Part shown: piece after piece, positions 53,410-64,000 of the stretch
Position numbering within the stretch: the first letter of the stretch is position 1
How the letters are laid out: every line of letters starts with the position of its first letter
Assembly: GCA_964016885.1 (NCBI GenBank)
Contig: OZ024741.1
Location: 327,484,001 to 327,548,000, forward strand
DNA from: Eledone cirrhosa
Taxonomy: Eukaryota
Direction of reading: 5' to 3'
DNA length: 64,000 bases
Program-made: the position numbers and the translations under genes
The notes under the pieces: model-generated
What the model saw: only the letters and a program-made list of their open reading frames with translations
Told to the model about the DNA's origin: nothing
Databases searched by the model: none

Positions 53410-54775
53410 TTATCATGTATGTATGTATGCATGTAGCTATTCATGTATGTATGTATGTCAGGTCACCAGTTGTTGCTACTGGTAACATGTATCCCAGTAC
53501 AACCTGTCCCATGGTCTGGTCGTTGGTGACTAGACTGGCAACACAACCAAGGTTTCTTGGTGAGGAGGGTGACTTTGGACACCCTGCAGGACTAAACACA
53601 AAACCTGTCAAAGGGCAAAGGAGCTCTTAAGGGTCAATGGCCATCCAAAATCACCGGGAGAGATGACCCCTTAGCCTTTGTCAAGGCAGAATTCTAGGAG
53701 AAGGAAAACTGGTTTTGTGCAGTGCCTTTGCTCACTATAAAAGCTTCACGGCACAGGCATTGCTTTATATCTGGAGATCTCTCTGCACTTGTCATCACAT
53801 GGTACCATGGGCCCAGCACTATGTGTCAATAATTGTCACAAGTGTAGTGTTTGTACCAGAGTATTCAAGTCGCTGGCTGGACTAAAAATCACACTCGTTC
53901 AGCGCATTGGTAGGAGTTCTCCTACATGGATATAAAGTAGTGGCCGTACTCGAAAACGAGTTTGCAGCAACCATGTATGTATGTATGCATGTATGTATTT
54001 ATGTATGTATGCATGTATCTATGTATCTATGTATGCATGTATGCATGTATCTATGCATGTATGTATCTATGTATGCACGTATGTATGTATGTTTTTTTGT
54101 CCTGCAGGGTGTCCAAAATCACCCTCCTCACCAAGTTAACTTTGTGGGGTTGCCGGTTTAGATGCCGACGACCCGATCATGCGTCAAAGGGCGGAAGAAA
54201 TCATAAGGGTCAACGGCCATCCAAAAGTATGTAAATGTGTATATACACATGTACATCTTTGTGTATATGTGTATATGCATGGGTGCGTGTGTATGTATAT
54301 GCGCGGGGACATAGAAATAGTCGGGCTGGACACCCGATCGCGCGGTTAAACCATTGGGAGTGAAGGACCCCTAGCCTTTCTCAGAGCATTCTTCTATGAG
54401 AAGGCAACTCAGGAAACTGGGATAACTCCGAAATAAAACCTGCGGCTCAGTAGTTACCGATGATGTTGATATTTTCTTCTTTTCGGGTTATAGCTACTGT
54501 CGCTCAGAGAGTGGGATTGGCTCAGTGCACAGTCTTTCCTCACTTTAAAAAAATCTTCACGCACAGGCATTGCACGATAGAATTAATTAATAATAATTAA
54601 TAATGAAATATCGTGCAATGGCCATACTCGATAAAGAGGGGGCAACCATCATCATCATCATGTATGTATGCATGTATCGATGCATGTATGTATGTATGCA
54701 TGTATGCATGTATGCATGTATGCAGGCATCAATGTATGCATGTATGTGTATGCATGGTAAATATGGTATCTATGT
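53410..54775 (+). mobile_element. Two related non-coding retroposon copies (possibly RTE-derived) separated by (ATGT/ATGC)n tracts
   Basis: Shared taagggtcaa.ggccatccaaaa, gacccct.agcctt, gagaagg.aa, ctcact.taaaa..cttcacg..caggcattgc, tggcc.tactcga..gcaaccat; 54099-54136 is an inversion of 53556-53592. Confidence 0.55.
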
Positions 54776-55029
54776 ATTTGTTCTATTCTTGCCATCTTAC
54801 TACCGAATACCGTAGCGATATACTCTGCAATTACTTAACTCCAGTTAGCATTAAGTAGGACAGCGGGATTGTTATTTTCGTCAGCATTATTATTTTTATT
54901 GGCAACCTTCGGGTATGAAACACCATTTGATCAACGCCTGGATAATGTTGTGTCAGCTGCTGATGGTGGTGCAATGTCTGCTGAGTACAGAACCAAGTGG
55001 TAGTAGCAATCCTGTATACAGCGACTGCA

Positions 55030-55835
55030 TTTGAATACACTCTCCTTCGGTGCTAATGTGAATTCTGCAATTGGAATGAGTTGATCAACTCCGAACAATC
55101 ACAGCCGACTTCCACCATCTTCAACAGTGAATTACTCCCGGCATAACTAGCACAATTCTATCTGGACCCATCTGTGCCTATTTTCTGCCAGACAAAGGTA
55201 TATTCACTCTGAATAATGGTTCTCGAATCTAGGAGGCTCCTTTCCTTGGGCGCTGCATTTTCCACTCGACGTCGTAGCGAATGTCACTGATCTTTTGATG
55301 ATTACCTAGCAGGCTGGTAGTGATGGTCCGTATGCTTCAGCATCCAGTTCTAATGCCCGCTTGTTAAATTGTTTGATGGTCTGTTTGTTGATCGTTTTTC
55401 TTGTTGAATAGATTTCATGTCTAAGCGCCATGCACCCAGTGGACAAGAAGTGAGCTGTGGAGGGAGAGCATCTAACTGACTGGGGGCTGCCCAGCTTGAA
55501 GTGGGCGGTACTTGTCCATTGAGGCACAATGACCTCTCCCTCCGTCAAAAGAAGCCCTTGAACCCTTGATCATAGGCAAATCTTGTACAGACATATAACT
55601 AGTAGACTTCTGAGTTTCGTGTTTTGCCATCGCCGTGAGGCGACGTTGGAGTGACCTCTCCAGGGCGCAGGCTTGGGCAGGATTTTGTGGGATATCGCAG
55701 TTGCCCATTCAGCATGTCTCCTCTCTCCGCCCCACCGGGGTTGTCCAAGGGAAGGACAGAAGACAATACGACTTGGCACCGGTGCGGCCCCAGAAATTAG
55801 ATATAACTTGGAACTGTCTTAGGGACTCCGACTCC
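55030..55835 (-). mobile_element. Old RTE-clade LINE 5' fragment (5'UTR + start of APE endonuclease)
   Basis: Decayed GC*SIRTITTSL (cf. GCWNVRT) and AAPKERSLLDSRT..SEYTFVWQ (cf. AALQETRL..SG..E..YTFFWQG). Confidence 0.55.
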
Positions 55836-56614
55836 GAATTATCTTCGAGTTTTACTCCCGAAGCCATTCCCATAGTTGAGTCTAGCCCATACACGTGTAT
55901 ACACACGCATTTGATGACTAGATCATTTACCTATTTACCAGAAAGACAGCTCCCTCTTTCACTCTCTCCCCCACTTATCCTCTCAATATTTTCTCTTTTC
56001 TATACAAATATATCATTCACAGAAAGCAGGCATTCATTAAAAAAAGCAATTCCAATTGCTAAGTATGTTCAATGGTAAAGTGAGTCTATCCAACACAGTA
56101 AATATCAGTACCACTAAATCCCTGAAAATAGCTTCATTAATTAAAAGATATAATGTGTATTCATTGAAGTCCGACCGCAAATGTGTTAATACATCGATAT
56201 TCATTTATGTAACAACACAATATTTGTCACGATCTTTATGTTTTTCATTTTTTTGATTTTTTTCTATAAATCCTATGAATCTCTTTTCTATATGATCGAA
56301 TAGATTCAATTGTCTGTTGCATATCGATATTTATGTGATATCAATCACTTTGAAGTTATCCTCGGATGACTGCGATAATAATTTACATTTACTGAACTAT
56401 TAACATCCCGCGATTATTTTGTTAGTTGTATTCAACATTTAGCGTAGAGTAAATAATAAATATATATATATGCATATAAAAGATATCCATCAGTAACAAT
56501 TTTTGCTCAATGGATTAAATCAAAGCATTATAATTTCAATGTGGGAAAAGCAAGCATGTTATATCTCGCTTGCCTTTCACACATTCTGTGTGTGTGTACA
56601 TATATATATATATC

Positions 56615-56659
<45 letters not shown>

Positions 56660-56861
56660 TGAGAAAAACCACAGACCCTCCATCTCAACTCTACTTTTGA
56701 AAAGCAGAAGAACTGGGAAACCGGTAAAGGAACCAAATAAATATATATATTTTTTTTTAAAATAAGACTCCAGCTGCATTTTCGATTTCCTCTCTTTTTC
56801 CTTATACTTTCACTCGTGTAGGACACCTCGGTTATTTTTCAATTTGTAAAAAAAACCTCAC

Positions 56862-56893
<32 letters not shown>

Positions 56894-57070
56894 GAATCTA
56901 GCAAAATATACGGTAGTGTCCAATCCGTATGAAGAACTCAATGGATTCCAAATATCATGAAAAGATGCATTCAAACATTTTCGATAAAAATCATAGGAAA
57001 ACAGAGTCAAGATAAATTAATAAAAACAATGATATAAAAACAAAGAACAAGTTCCCTATATTAAAACATT

Positions 57071-57203
57071 CATCATTTTACGGCCGTTTCTAAGATGTAT
57101 ATGTGTGTTGGTATGTATATTTTATAGATCTATGTAAAAATATACAAATTATCAGAGGAAATATACATACCTTCACATATACAAGCGGTCCTCAGAAATG
57201 ATG
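57071..57203 (-). ncRNA. Hammerhead ribozyme with ~100-nt stem II region
   Basis: catcattt CTGAGGA ... GAAA cggccg TA aaatgatg; 8-bp stem I, stem III palindrome ACGGCCGT. Confidence 0.8.
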
Positions 57204-58712
57204 AGATGTGTTTATTGAAAAAACCAACAAAGATTTAATATAAAAGGTCTGTTTGGGAACAGGTTTTGAATTGACCAATAGAAAAGTAGTTAAAGGTCAA
57301 GTTGATAGCAGTTGTAGAAATTTTATTTATGGGTAGATGAGTGCAGACTTATGTTTTGAATGAAAAGAATACTTTGGGATGAAAAGAGGTCAAATCAAGA
57401 AGATTGTGAAGGGTACACGAAAATTTGATGTTATTAAAGAATAATGTTAAAAACGAAGGAAAATAAAATTTTAGGGTGAGGGTATTAGTGAGAAATACCA
57501 ATCTTATTTAAACCACATCTATAACAAGAAATTAAATTAATTGATAGGTATACTTATAGGGGTAAATTTATATTAATTCATATGAATGTGATAGGTATAC
57601 TTATAGGGGTAAATTTATATTAATTCATATGAATGTGATAAATAAGAAATAGATGTTATTAAAGATTGTTGTTAAAAACGAAGGAAAGTAAAATTTTGGG
57701 ATAAGGGTAGTAGTGAGGAATACCAATCTTATTTGAACTACAAGGAATTTAGATACATAACAAGAAATCAAATTAAATTAATTTATAGGTATACTTATAG
57801 GTATCAATTTTAGGAAAAGATATCTGTAAGAGGGAAATAAAATTATGAAGTTCTCTGTAGTAAAATACTAATTAAAGGTTAACTAAATTTAAAAAAAACA
57901 ATTATAATAATTTGTAAAATATAAGAATAAGGTGTATATTAATTAGGTTTATAATATTTGAAGGTTCTTCTAATTCTATGATTACAAGATATAATTAATT
58001 CCTGTCGCTTATTTAATAGGATATCTTTAGATTTCATGATTTCAAAAAGTTCTTGGGTGCATAACCTACACTCGTATCTGCTATTTTGATAAGTGGTGGC
58101 CCTTTTGAGCACGCTACAGGTAAGGTTGTAATCGATATTCTTCTTTCTATAATTATTAATTGTTTCAGCCAAGGATGTTGTATTAGCCAATGCGGCATTT
58201 TTAAAACTATGTTTGTGGGTATTAAATCTTACTTTAAATTAGTTAGACGTAGCTCCTATATATGAATAAGTGGAGTCCGTAGTGATAATTTTACATTTAT
58301 AGACTATGTTATTAATAAGACAATTTCCCTTTAGTGAGGAATTTTCCTTTGATTCTACCGTTACAACCATTCGTGAATATTACATCAGGAGAGTTAGTCA
58401 AATTTGGTTTTGAGTTTACTCGACTTGTTATAGGTGAAGGAGATACTGGTTTGTTGCGGTTTATTTTAGTATTATGGTTTGTTTGATGCGTTGGTGGAAT
58501 ATTTGTGGTTTTTTTACACTTATATTCGTTGTACGTACTTATATTATGTTGTATATCTTTGGTAGTGGAATAGGAAAATATAACAGTTGATCTATTTAAA
58601 ATTTGATGGTATTTATGGTTCTAAATACTTTTCTATTGGTCAATTCAAAATATGTTCCCAAACAGACTTTTTATATTAAATCTTTGTTGTTTTTTTTTCA
58701 ATAAACACATCT

Positions 58713-58846
58713 CATCATTTCTGAGGACGGCTTGTATATGTGAAGGTATGTATATTTCCTCAGATAATTTGTAATATTTTTACATAGATCTATATAAGAT
58801 ACATACCAACACACATATACATCCTAAAAACGAGCGTAAGATGATG
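58713..58846 (+). ncRNA. Hammerhead ribozyme, inverted copy with G12A and stem III mutations
   Basis: CTGAGGA...AAAA cgagcg TA agatgatg. Confidence 0.6.
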
Positions 58847-58898
58847 AATTTTTAATATAAGGAACTTGTTCTTTGTTTTTATTTCATTGTTATAATTA

Positions 58899-58979
<81 letters not shown>

Positions 58980-59004
58980 TCTTTGTTGTTTTTTTCTATA
59001 AACA

Positions 59005-59052
<48 letters not shown>

Positions 59053-59263
59053 TGTTTATTGAAAAAAACAACAAAGATTTAATATAAAAGGTCTGTTTGG
59101 GAACACGATTTGAATTGACCAATATATATATATATTCATTAGTTAAGCAAAACAAGACCACAAATTTCACAAGGAAGACATTATTAAAAGATTGTCAACA
59201 TATTTTAGTTTGATGTAAGTAATGTAAAGAATAATAATAATAATATTAATAATAATAATGTCC

Positions 59264-59383
59264 ATTTACAATTGTTTCGCTACTCCATATGATATTTCTC
59301 GATCAGATGACTATATATCATAATTGATCTGGTTCAGTTGAAAATAATTAACATATTTAAAAAACAGAGTGGCTCATCGGAAC
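59264..59383 (-). ncRNA. Hammerhead ribozyme, U4C core, long stem II
   Basis: gtt CCGATGA gccactc...gagtagc GAAA caattg TA aat. Confidence 0.7.
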
Positions 59384-59753
59384 TTCAAAGGAATATAAAT
59401 TAAAATAATGAGAGAATGTTACATAATATAATGTTCCATATATTGGTTTTTCACTATGCTGTCTTGGTTGCATCAGTTGTCAGCCATAATCAAGCAGTAT
59501 TCAGGCTGCATTGTGTGAGATCTGCCTATGGGTAACAAGATGGCTGCCAAAGGACATATTTACCTTACTAATTAGAGGGTGGTTTCAGGGGAAGTAACTC
59601 CTCGAGAGATTAGAAATTGTGGGTAGTTTATAGTTACGTGCTAATTTTTTTATTTTTTTATTGAGAGACATTGTAGGGCAGGTAACTTATAATTATCTAA
59701 GCTAGTCATAGCTATTTAACATATTAGCTACAAGTAAAAATGGGGCTAGATGA

Positions 59754-61908
59754 CTAATTTGGGTCAAATATTCTATTGGCGAAGGAATTAGCCCTTCGAT
59801 GTTGACAGCTAATAGTTACCTCCGTTCTATCGTTAATCGGTAGAGGTCGTGATAGTGTTATGTAATATGCTTCTGTAATACACAGATCACAAGATTGTCT
59901 TCGTCCATTGAACGGTTGTGTCCTAGCCACGATATCCCATTTTAGTGAGTGTTGAACGTTGCTTAATTTAAGGTTTTTAATGAGCCTAGCTAGCGATGTT
60001 GCTAGGGTCTCGGAAGGAAGAAGAGTGCGCGTTATAGCGTACCTTAAAGGGTTATAGGTAGACCCGATATAAGAGCTGGTATTCGAACCAGTTTTAACCG
60101 TGCACCTATAGACTATGTTGGGTGTCAGGCAGTGTCCATTTAATGGGCATGCATTACGGTAACAGCAGTTGCAGTTGCTTCTGCGGTTAGTGAGAGTAGG
60201 GTAGTTTAACGGTAGGTCACTAAGCGGTAGGTCACTGCTAGAAGGATTAGATGGGGGAGGTGTGCTACTAGAGTAATTATTGGTGTAGTGGCGTGGTGTA
60301 TTTGATAGGGGTGGTGGTACCGCGGTGTGGGAGTTATACTGTCTTAGTTTATGATGGTTACTGAATGCGATGTGGCTAGCTAGGTTAGGTGTTGTTGAGA
60401 ATGACATTTTAATGTTATTTTTATTAAAGAGTTTGTAATATCTATGGTTGGGGGGGGGATATTTAGATAGGATAGAGAAGAAGCGTTTAGTGATATTAGT
60501 GGTTAGATTAGATGATTGAATGGGGGGTTAAGCCAGGTGATATTTCTAGGTATATTCCTTCTAGGGGTTCTAGTGGAGTTGGTAGGGGGCCTTCTTAGGG
60601 TTATTATTACCTGGGGATTTGTTATTTGTCATCCCATTTCTCATTCTTATTCTAGGGTTGATTTTTAATTTGCTACTTAGAGTGGGGAGCAGGCCGCTGC
60701 CACCATTAAACTTCCCTTTATAGGTGCTAAAATTCCGGGGAATCTGGCTATATGCTAAGGTATTTCTAGTCCTAGTGTTAAGTTTATTATGGTGAATTGC
60801 TGTGTTATGGCATTTAGGTATCTAATAAATTGATTGTTCATAACCAGATTCAGAAAGGGCCTTATTATAATATTGTGCATGGTTTATAAATATCTCCTCA
60901 TTTTATGATAGCATTGGGATCCTATACGAGATAGATTTGATTATTGCCCTGTGCTCTGATGACTGCCGGTGGGTGGTTAGAGTGTGGGCTAATATATGTG
61001 AGTATTTCACCTGGTTTATGGTAAGGGTAATATAGGTTATTGTTGAGATCCAGGGTGACGTCTAGGAAGTTTACTACTTTATGGTTCGGCTCGATGGGGA
61101 TAGAGAGACCGTTATTTTTAAAGAATCTATGTAATTGTTTTTTAGCAAATCAATACCCCGATTAGTGCAATCAATTGTGAACTGCAAATAGGGCGTCGTC
61201 CCTGTATATTCCGCCTTGCAAGGGTTGGATTTCGGCTCTGATGTTATGTAATAGGTAAATTCCAACTAAATCGGTGATTTGCTCAGAGTCACTTGAGCCC
61301 ATCCTGATGTCAAAGTTGTGTGTTCTATCTTTTCTAGTCCAGAGTGCTCCGTTGAATTCAACGATAGTCTGCCTAGCCATAAGTATGATGTTAATCTCAT
61401 TATTGGTTATGTCCGAGTTGGTGCTGGCTAGGGTTAATGCTTTGTTGAGCAGTTCCGGGGTTATTGACGCGTAATAGCTGTCGATGTCAAATTGGATGAA
61501 CCTCATATATTGCTTGGACCTTAGATCGAAGAACCATCTAATGACTTGGCCGGTGTTGGACCACAACTTGTAGGTGATATCATCCCGTTGCCCAGGGATT
61601 ATCCTATCAAGGATGTTCTTACTGATACGGCCCAGGTCGGATGTGGTTGGGCTTATAAGTCTAATAGATGGGTTCTCTATAAAGTTTGGCTTATGATCCT
61701 TGAGAGAGAACCTTAGGGTTGTTGGTACATAAGGGTGGGTAGATTTATTCGTAAGTCCTTAACCAAAGGCTGGGCTTTTCGGTTAAGTACGTTTACACTG
61801 GAGGGTATAGTATTTTATAGTTTTTATTGAGTCCTTTAAGAAGGAAAGAGTTGTAAGTTTCAGGAGTCATGGTGTATAGAATTTTAGTTTTGTCAGACAT
61901 GACATTCT
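59754..61908 (-). pseudogene. PLE RT + GIY-YIG ORF, 5'-truncated and frameshifted
   Basis: MSDKTK, SIRLISP, IQFDIDSYY, FDIRMGSSDSE, GGIYRDD, NFLDVTL, CNCCYRNACPLNGHC, NIVYRC..SYIGST, CDLC, CQHR. Confidence 0.92.
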
Positions 61909-62032
61909 ACTGCATATTGCACATTGAGCACATGCCTTTACGCTTTGGCTTCTAACTAATTCATCAATCTCTCCTCTCATATCTCCTCTCCTATCTCCAT
62001 CTCTCTCTTTAAGATTGGTTACTCTTGAAATG

Positions 62033-62064
<32 letters not shown>

Positions 62065-62297
62065 TTAGAAACACACAGATACATGCGGACACACACATAT
62101 ATACATGAATGCATCCGCACCCAACTGTGAGTTAAGGGTGCCAACTTCACCGATGTTGCTCAATGAATGACTGGGACAGACCAATTCAGTTTGAACTAGA
62201 CTGAACCAGTATCAGAGTTAAAAATACATTATGAAGAGAGAAGAAACATTTAGATATAATTAGTAATAAAATGTATCATACCTAAACTGTTCCTAAA

Positions 62298-62386
62298 TTC
62301 ATCGACTACGTAGTTTCGTGGCATAAACAAAAACAATATATCAAAGATATAGAGTCCTTGCGAGGTCTGCCGACTTATCAAGAGGA
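62298..62386 (-). ncRNA. Hammerhead ribozyme with U3:A8 core
   Basis: tcctc TTGATAA gt(c)ggca...tgccac GAAA ctacgtag TC gatga; stem III palindrome ACTACGTAGT. Confidence 0.7.
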
Positions 62387-62732
62387 TACCTCATTTTACT
62401 GGTCTCAAGAACGCGTCTACACGACGTGAGAAAGAATCCCAAAAGGCGGAGGGGGAGATAGTCACGCGATATAACGGTCGAGAAACAGAGCTAAGCCTCT
62501 TATAACCACGAAGAAAATACCACGGAGGCGGAGGGGGTATTCATATCGAGGCCGCAGAAGAGGTAGTGAAGAAGGCGAGAAGTATGAGTAATGGAAGCTT
62601 TCCAGTTGTCCCCACACTTCAAAGATTGCTCGACCAGAGGGAGTTATTAATATATTTAGAAACAATAGCATAACGTCTTCGAAATGCTTTTAATTAAGCA
62701 TACAGTGTATTGCAAAATACACTATATATATA

Positions 62733-62795
<63 letters not shown>

Positions 62796-62909
62796 TATTT
62801 TGCAATACACTGTATGCTTAATTAAAAGCATTTCGAAGACGTTATGCTATTGTTTTAGAGTAGTAACAGTCTCACTTACTTTAAATTTTCAGCACACAGG
62901 GGGAGATAA

Positions 62910-62954
62910 AGTTGACAGAGCTATGTTTCGTACTGATTGGTACTTATCAAAGCC
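62910..62954 (-). ncRNA. Hammerhead ribozyme with U3:A8 core
   Basis: ggct TTGATAA gtac-caatca-gtac GAAA ca-tagctc-tg TC aact. Confidence 0.7.
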
Positions 62955-63049
62955 AAGCACGCCACCTGTCCGCTGATCAGTTCCTGATTATTACTAGAAA
63001 TTCTATAAGAATCAAACATTCATGATTTTCAGCAACAGGTGGGGTGCTT

Positions 63050-63094
63050 GGCTTTGATAAGTACCAATCAATACGAAACATAGCGCTGTCAGCT
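63050..63094 (+). ncRNA. Hammerhead ribozyme with U3:A8 core (inverted copy)
   Basis: ggct TTGATAA gta-ccaatcaa-tac GAAA ca-tagcgc-tg TC agct. Confidence 0.75.
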
Positions 63095-63221
63095 TTATCT
63101 TCCTCTGTTTACTGAAAATTTAAAGTAAGTGAGACTGTCACTACTCTAAAACAATAGCGTAAGGTCTTCAAAATGTTTTTAATTAAGCATACAGTGTATT
63201 GCGAAATACACTATATTTACA

Positions 63222-63340
<119 letters not shown>

Positions 63341-64000
63341 TTATGTATATTTATATTTATATATATATGTATGTATATAGCTGTGTAGGAATGTATCTAT
63401 ATAATATAAATATATATCATAGTCGTTTGAGCAGACATGCTAAAAGGAGAATAAATCTATTTTTTACCATTTATTACATTATAGCATGATAGGCAAGCGA
63501 CAAGTAGAGTAGATAACATAGCGTAATTTATGATATATCATTGGTCAATATATGGTATAATAAGACTAGAAAATCAACGTAAAGAAAACGAATGCTCATT
63601 GGCGTCTATTTCTAGCTTAGTTGATATATGAGAGATCAACTTATCTCTTGTACTATTTCCAAAAGCAATATTTTATTTCTTTGCGATAAAAGGTTTTTCA
63701 TTCACATCAGTATTTTGTTTTATTTTTCCTCGTTTTATTTTCTGCTATTTTCTTTATTTTCTCTATATATCTGGTGTTTATTTAAACATTTGTAATCAAC
63801 TTAGATAGATTGCTAAACATTTTAATCTATTGTTGATAAAATGTATATACTTCGTTTGAAAGCAAATGAAATGAAATGAAACACAGAAATATACTAATTA
63901 ATATTTAGTATATAAAAAGGACGATGTAAGTACTATGAATTGTCGACGAAGATGTTACCATATACAGTTACTTATACACAATAACAGACGTACGCACATC

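Larger units (their letters stand above)
56895..58900 (-). mobile_element. 5'-truncated PLE with inverted pLTR copy
   Basis: GIY-YIG remnant 57939-58620 (NIVYKC, YSYIGATS, CRLC..E, LLNKR.E..CNHR); 57010-57290 inverted at 58622-58900; internal duplications at 57425-57800; extra end fragment 59047-59122. Confidence 0.88.
59135..62033 (-). mobile_element. Family C element containing a 2.4-kb decayed PLE coding segment
   Basis: 59135-59527 and 61933-62033 match the contiguous 15250-15740; the segment between is bounded by tgcct on both sides. Confidence 0.8.
62660..63215. mobile_element. Non-coding double fold-back HHR element (family I)
   Basis: 62660-62725 inverted at 62790-62856 across a (TA)n tract; 62790-62970 inverted at 63035-63215. 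Confidence 0.8.

Overview
AT-rich eukaryotic (animal) non-genic DNA; the SINE and (TA)n content suggests a cephalopod or other mollusc such as Octopus (inference, not verified). No host exon was recognised, and almost all short ORFs are translations of microsatellites. The window is a nest of retroelements. It holds at least 8 different Penelope-like element (PLE) copies: one intact 773-aa RT+GIY-YIG ORF with tandem and inverted pseudo-LTRs, a 4.26-kb near-perfect PLE palindrome, and several decayed copies. It also holds a Tx1/L1-clade LINE with a deleted RT core, RTE fragments, tRNA-derived SINEs, mariner MITEs and a non-autonomous Helitron whose empty site is visible in the window. The main signal missing from the ORF track is about 20 type I hammerhead ribozyme (HHR) motifs from about 12 unrelated repeat families, read by eye. 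Many sit in non-coding, partial-tandem or fold-back elements inserted in (TA)n tracts. Three families share a compensatory U3:A8 core (UUGANAA), two share a U4C core, and several have very long stem II inserts and palindromic stem III. All folds are manual and untested.
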